From assembly GCA_010015585.1 (NCBI GenBank), contig ML975154.1: DNA of 64,000 nucleotides; one strand, 5' to 3'. Both the position numbers and the translations under genes were made by a program. The DNA comes from Eremomyces bilateralis CBS 781.70. Lineage: Eukaryota. Below the pieces are notes generated by a model that saw only the letters and a program-made list of their open reading frames with translations, did not search any database and was not told the DNA's origin. This document shows positions 58,371 to 64,000 of this stretch, piece by piece; positions within the stretch are counted from its first letter, which is position 1; every line of letters starts with the position of its first letter.

Positions 58371-60470
58371 ATGCCGCATTATGGCCGAATAGTCCTCCGC
58401 CCATGGAGGCAATTGCCTCTTCGATATCCCAGACAATTACCCTCCCTCCAGCCTCTCCACCGACAACAATGGCGCAACCCCGCCGATTCTTCCCGAGGAG
58501 CTCTACTGCCTCCAACGCTCAACTATCGTTGCTATAGTTCGGCGAGCGCGTTTCCCTCCTCTACCGCGTCTGCCAATGGAAACACAGCAATTGCTCCTGT
58601 TACCGCCGTCAATGCCCCTCCATCCGTACCAGAACATCTCCGACCTCTCTACCAGGCTCTGGAAGGTCTCAAGACACATGCTGGGAGTTATGTCAATATC
58701 AGCCGGCTGCAATTGGCGCTTGCCGGTTTAAAGAGCGAGAAGCCGGCGTTGCGAGTTGCTCTATTTGGTACGGCTGGGACCGATAGCCCGAGGAAGCTGG
58801 CGAGGTTGCTGTTGGCAGATTCGTTAAAAGAGGAAGAAGGGTGGGAGCGAGAGGTGGTCGACGACCAGAGCGGAAATGCGGTGGTGATTCGGTATGGCGA
58901 ACCGTCAGATATTGTACCGCCACGGAGTGCGATCCCGACGACACTTTCTTCATCACGCGTATTGAGGGATCAACGGCTGGAAATCCTCGTCTCAAACCTG
59001 GATATCCTCCGACCCTCCACGTCAGACACGCCGACCGACGCCATTCTGGTGCCAGCTGTTGAAACTCGGACGTCCACGACGGGCCTCACGAGTTTGATTA
59101 CGTATCCGGTACATCGGGCAATTGTCGTTTTGGAAAACCTTGACGATGTGCTGAATTATGCTCGATACGTCCTAGCCCAGGATAGCCGAGATCTGCCACC
59201 GGAGATGGTGAAGATTGTGGTGAACATGAAAGAGCGTGGGATAGATCCCGGCCCGGCCGGAAACTCATCCTCAATAACGATGGTCAACCCTGAGATCGCC
59301 CTTTCTGGGTTGAAATCAATACGAGAATCCGTCGCCAATGCTCCCGAGGCAACTCAACTACTCAATGCCTCGAACCTCACTTCGCTCTCCGACTGGCTCA
59401 CGAACGATTCGTCCTCGACCTCACTCGATCCAACAATTCACACCCTTATAACCTCCCTATTATCCGACACCCTCCATACCATCAACACCACTCCATCAAC
59501 TCTATCCCCCACATCCTCCCCTCCCATTGACTCAACAACCCTCAACACCCTCCACCAAGCCCTCTCCACTTGGTCCGCCCAAGCCCACGCCCACCACCAA
59601 TCCGCTCTTCCCCACCTCACCACCCTTCCCCTCTCCCGCCTCTCCTCCCCTCTCCTCCTTCTTCTCCCCCTCCGCATTGACGACGTCCGCTGGATTCTCG
59701 AAGACGCCGTCTCGCGGCACTACCTCGTCCAGCCCGAAAAAGAGCTAATCTACCTCACCGCCCAGCTCACACGGCTCGGACTCATGCCGGAGGTGCCGAT
59801 ACTCAGCGAGGCGGAGCTGAATGCGCAGGCGCGGCGGATGGCATGGTCGGATTCCGAGGCCGGTGCCCAAGGGAAATCGACCGAAGTCATACCCGATACA
59901 CCGTCCGAGACCCCCCGCACATCCCTCCTGCCCCCCTCCACCAATCTAACCGCCGCCACCTCCTTCGCGACCCTCGAATCCCTCCCCCTACCACAGCTCC
60001 CCACCACCACCCACTCCCCACACCACCTCACCAATCCCCTCAACCTCCCCCCTCTCTCCCGCACCCACCTCCTGCACGCCATCCCCTCCCTCCACCGCCG
60101 CGCTCAATCCCTCCTCACCACCTTCCTCACCACCACCTTCCTCACCACCTCCCTCGGCGCCCTCAGCTACGTCTCGTTCGCCAGTGTGCGCGCCACCGAT
60201 GCGGTCGTGATCGCGGGGCTGGGAGCGGTAGTGGCGGCGAGGCGGTTTGTGAGGGGGTGGGAGGGTTGGGTGGGGGGCTGGGAGCGGAGTGTGAAGGAGG
60301 AGGGGAGGAGATATGTTGGAATGATTGAGGGGGTGGTAAGAGAAAGGTTGGAGAAAGGGGGGAGAGAGATGGAAGGGAAGGGGGAGGGGGAGGATGGGGA
60401 GGTGAGGAGGGCGAGAGAGGCGGTGGAAGGAGTAGGGAGGGAGTTGGAGATGTTAAGAGAAAGGAGATGA
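58371..60470 (+). CDS. Conserved fungal mitochondrial protein (Mmc1-like)
   Basis: 699-aa ORF with an Arg-rich presequence; YVNISRLQLAL, LRVALFG, YPVHRAIVV; C-terminal hydrophobic hairpin. Family call is from recall only. Confidence 0.6.
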   Translation: MPHYGRIVLRPWRQLPLRYPRQLPSLQPLHRQQWRNPADSSRGALLPPTLNYRCYSSASAFPSSTASANGNTAIAPVTAVNAPPSVPEHLRPLYQALEGLKTHAGSYVNISRLQLALAGLKSEKPALRVALFGTAGTDSPRKLARLLLADSLKEEEGWEREVVDDQSGNAVVIRYGEPSDIVPPRSAIPTTLSSSRVLRDQRLEILVSNLDILRPSTSDTPTDAILVPAVETRTSTTGLTSLITYPVHRAIVVLENLDDVLNYARYVLAQDSRDLPPEMVKIVVNMKERGIDPGPAGNSSSITMVNPEIALSGLKSIRESVANAPEATQLLNASNLTSLSDWLTNDSSSTSLDPTIHTLITSLLSDTLHTINTTPSTLSPTSSPPIDSTTLNTLHQALSTWSAQAHAHHQSALPHLTTLPLSRLSSPLLLLLPLRIDDVRWILEDAVSRHYLVQPEKELIYLTAQLTRLGLMPEVPILSEAELNAQARRMAWSDSEAGAQGKSTEVIPDTPSETPRTSLLPPSTNLTAATSFATLESLPLPQLPTTTHSPHHLTNPLNLPPLSRTHLLHAIPSLHRRAQSLLTTFLTTTFLTTSLGALSYVSFASVRATDAVVIAGLGAVVAARRFVRGWEGWVGGWERSVKEEGRRYVGMIEGVVRERLEKGGREMEGKGEGEDGEVRRAREAVEGVGRELEMLRERR

Positions 60471-61214
60471 TCATGTATTTTATATGTGAGGGTGGGGTTG
60501 TATGATATAGATGTGCCGGATGGGTTTGCCATCGGTTGGATAAGGGCAGATGGAATGAAGACCTGTGCTCTTACTAGTCATATGTCAAGGCTTACTCGGC
60601 CTGATAACAATGGTTCGATCCATCGCGTAATCTCCCCCCTGCTCCATCCGTTATATGATACCCATAGGCATCGCCGCATCCTTTCATGTTACTTCACCAC
60701 ACCAAACTACCAGAATACTTCCACCTCACAACCGCACTCACTCCCAACCCGAGGCGCAGAATATATCTCTCAATATTCAACCTCAAATGCAAGCTAAGCA
60801 TATACTATACTACACCTTCCGTCCGAACCCCCCATCCGATAACACTCCGGCACCTCACCATCCTTTAATTATCCCACAAATAAACAGCCCAGCACGAACG
60901 TGCCCCATCAATGCGTCCTGATTACCACCGTCCTCTCCCTCCATGAATCTACATTCCGCATCCCTATCTCTCCCACCGTTTTAGTCCGTCCTTTCCTACG
61001 ATCGGAAGCCCACCACCTTGCTCATGCTCCACTCTTCTCTGCTCCAGTGTCCTCGCCTCCGCACGGTGGCACCCGACCCATCCTGCCCTGTCTCCCTTTC
61101 GTACATTCACCACCTTCACCATCCCAGCGTCATCGACTAGACTGGACCGGCTGTGCTGCAGCAATTTTCCGCCGCCAACTTACAACGTCACATCCATCGA
61201 CGATTGTCTGCCAC

Positions 61215-63615
61215 CTACGACGTCGCCGCATCCCCATTCACCGCCGGCGCTTGCGGCTGCTTCATCTTCAGCGTAAGCGGGTAGACATAGTCGTCCGGAT
61301 CTTCTTCTTCCCTATAAATTTAAAATAATCAGCACTCATCTCATCTCTTCCCTCGCTTCTATGCTTCAAACCATGTATATGGACAGGGGACGTACGGCAA
61401 TTTCCATGCGATGTAATCCTCCGTGCTGAGCCCTTCTCGGCCTTCTTGCAAGGAGGCGAAGTCGCCGGGGGTCATGAGTCCCGAGCGATCGCGCGGAGAT
61501 CCAGGCTCGGAGAGGGGACGGGTAATTTTAACGCTATCGGTACCGAAGAAGTCGCCTTCGTCGGCATCGGTGTCGAAGGAGGCAGGGTATGCTGATTTGT
61601 GATTTACGTTAGCTGTGAAATGCGGGAGAGGGGGGGGAAATCGAGGGGGACGAACCTCGTCGTAAAGCCAGCTGCCGCGCCTTGACGTACTCCAAGCCCA
61701 TCCGCTTCCAATCCAGCAGATCGCTCAACCGCTCGGTCCGGTTCCGCTGGTTGATACGCTGGCGCTTGCTTTTCTTGGTGAAGTCGAACATGTAGTTGGT
61801 GAGCTGGTTGACGCTGTCGTCGACACCCTTCATGCGGCGGTCGACGATGTAGATACCGTAGTCGGCGGCGTTCTCGATCAGCTCCTCCATGTAGCAGCCG
61901 AAGCCGGAGAGGTTGGTGGTGATGGAGGGGACGCCCATGACGGTGCATTCGGCCGGGGTGTAGCCCCAGGGTTCGTAGTAGGAGGAGAAGACGCCGAGGT
62001 GGGTGCCGCGGACGAAGTCGTCGTAGTCGAGGGGGAGGACGGGAGAGGCGGAGGAGAGGAACTCCGGGTGGAAGACGACCTTGACGCGGTCGGCGGGGTG
62101 GTTGAAGAGTTGGCAGCGGCGGAGCTGGTTGAGGATGGGGTCTTCGGAGTCGTTGGCCATGTTGTGAGTTACGATCGGGGGGAGGGTGTGGCGCTTCATG
62201 GCGAAGAGACGGCGGCGGAGAAGGATCTTGTCGGCGGGGGAGACCAGCTCTTTGTCTTCGGGGAGGTCCATGCCTTCGTGCCAGAGGAGGGACCGCTCGA
62301 AGAGCTTCTTACCGATGTTGTCGGTGACGACGTTGATGGTGTCGTGGAGCGATTTGATGACCGCTTGGCCTTTCAGGGCTTCGACGGTGAGGGAGTGGGT
62401 TTGCGCCGGCATGATGATGAACGCGACCACAGTGACGGGGGATCCGGCGGCCTTCATGCGGTGGTTAAGTCGGGCGAGCGACTCAATGAACATATCGACG
62501 CCTTTATTCCGATATTCGTAGCGGCCGGCAGTAAAGAAATACAGCGTATTGTCCGGGTCGAAGTCGTTGTGGCCGTAGAAATGCCCGCGCACGAAGTCAG
62601 TGATCTTCATCTTGTTCTGCTGGTGCAGGTTTTGGAATTCGTGGGTCGCGGAGAACTTCTTGACGTTGAGCCCGTTGGGTAGGACGCCGTCGGGCTTCCG
62701 CTTCAGCAGGTGCTCGCTCTCGAACGCGGTGATGTGCGAGACGGTGGTGAAGACATCGGCGGCGTGGGTGGCAGCGCGTTCGATGCAGTAGCGGTGGTAG
62801 ATGCCGCGTTTCCCGGCTTCGGCATCGACGTCGAAGTATTGGAGGTTGTTGTAGAAGTCGACAGAGCCGGCGCAGAGGTATCGGCCGAGGAGGGTGGCGT
62901 GGGTGGTGAAGATGGTGGTGACGTCGATGCGGCGTTTCTTGCAGAGGGGGAGGGCGACACCGGCCAACCATTCGTGGAATTGAACAACAACAGCTCGTTG
63001 TTTTTCGTGGAAGACATACTGGAGGAGGAGTTTAGCGGGATTGCAAGAGTGGAGGGTGCGTCATACCTCGCCCAAGAACCATGCGATCAGATAGCCAAAC
63101 ACGATGGCCTCGTTGGTCTCGTCGTCTCCTGGTGGTGAAGGAATACCGGCGACACTCCATAGATCACCCTTCCACTCATCCAGATAGCCATAAGCTGACT
63201 TCGTATCGAAGAGCAACACTCGTGGAGCACCATCGATCAGCCATCGTCCGTACAGGGTAGCGATTCCCCGCTCGTTCATGGACTTGATTGTCTCTAAGAG
63301 AGCGGGGTCTTTGGGGGTGAGCTCTTCCACTTCGGTCGCGGCCTGATCGAACGTCAGTTTGGTCATATAGCTAGGGGTTTGCCAGACATACGGATCCTCG
63401 ATTGAGAGGGCCAAGTAGTGTGTATGCGGCGCCATATTCGGCGGTGGTGACTTGAGCTTTGGATTTGAGGACGGAGTAAATACCGCCAACTATTTTTTCG
63501 GCATCAGCACTATTTGGGATGGTCTCATTCATAGAATCGTACCTCTATGAGCTACTTCGGTCGCAACCTCGAAGAGCAGGTGGTTATGCACGTCTCGTTT
63601 CGGGGCGTCGGACAT
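61215..63615 (-). CDS. GSY1: Glycogen synthase (GT3), multi-exon
   Basis: [93 protein letters not shown]. Confidence 0.97.
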
Positions 63616-64000
63616 GGTGACGTCTTCAAGTCACGCTCAAGGAGCGAGGATAATTGGGGAGATGAGAATGCAATTGAGAAAGAAATTAGTCGAGGTTATT
63701 TGAAGAGAATTCCAGGAGGTAATTGTCAATTATGGAGAAAGCACAGGATGGAAAAATTGTAATGTGAGAGGCGGGTAAAACGTCCAAGCAGCGGAGGAGG
63801 TGGTGGTGATGGAGGTGGTGGAGCACGAGGAGGAGAAGGATGCAATTAACCCTCGAAGCTTCCCCACTCCGGATATTTTCACGTAAATGGTGAAGATGTA
63901 CAATTGATAATTCTGTGCCAAAGGACGAGGGCGTCGGCGGATTATTTGAAGCCCAAAGGTGGTGAAATCTCAGTTCCTCACCAAAGACTGTTGGATGAAG

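Noticed and set aside
1..64000. CRISPR array, rRNA, prokaryotic operon or secondary-metabolite cluster
   Set aside because: No repeat-spacer array, rRNA signature or PKS/NRPS/terpene synthase; the genes are spliceosomal and mostly housekeeping.

Overview
Eukaryotic DNA from a filamentous ascomycete (Pezizomycotina): short GT-AG introns with CTRAC/CTAAC branch points and fungal housekeeping genes. The two flanks are gene-dense core chromosome: Mps1 kinase, a PTH11-like receptor, PXMP4, an ornithine carrier, a G-patch protein, ORC3, BNA1, MTG2, DUT1, BUD16, a Ctr copper transporter, BLM10, PSF3, bL21m, a CE8 pectin methylesterase, an Mmc1-like protein and glycogen synthase. Between BNA1 and MTG2 (about 22.2-35.6 kb) lies a visibly AT-richer accessory block. 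It holds an apparently intact nitrite reductase (niiA) with a NirA/AreA-type promoter but no niaD or nitrate transporter, a decayed DD34E Tc1 transposon with 65-bp TIRs, a 169-bp near-perfect hairpin/MITE, and several pseudogenes broken by TAG stops. Best leads: the orphan niiA island, a mitochondrial-presequence-like extension on BNA1, an intronless Ig-domain CE8 enzyme with non-fungal motifs, a GC-AG intron in PSF3, a multi-CP-motif protein, and a recurrent C-rich to G-rich strand-skew switch at gene 3' ends. No clear-cut novel multi-gene system could be established. Exon boundaries were read by eye, and family assignments rest on motif recognition, not database searches.
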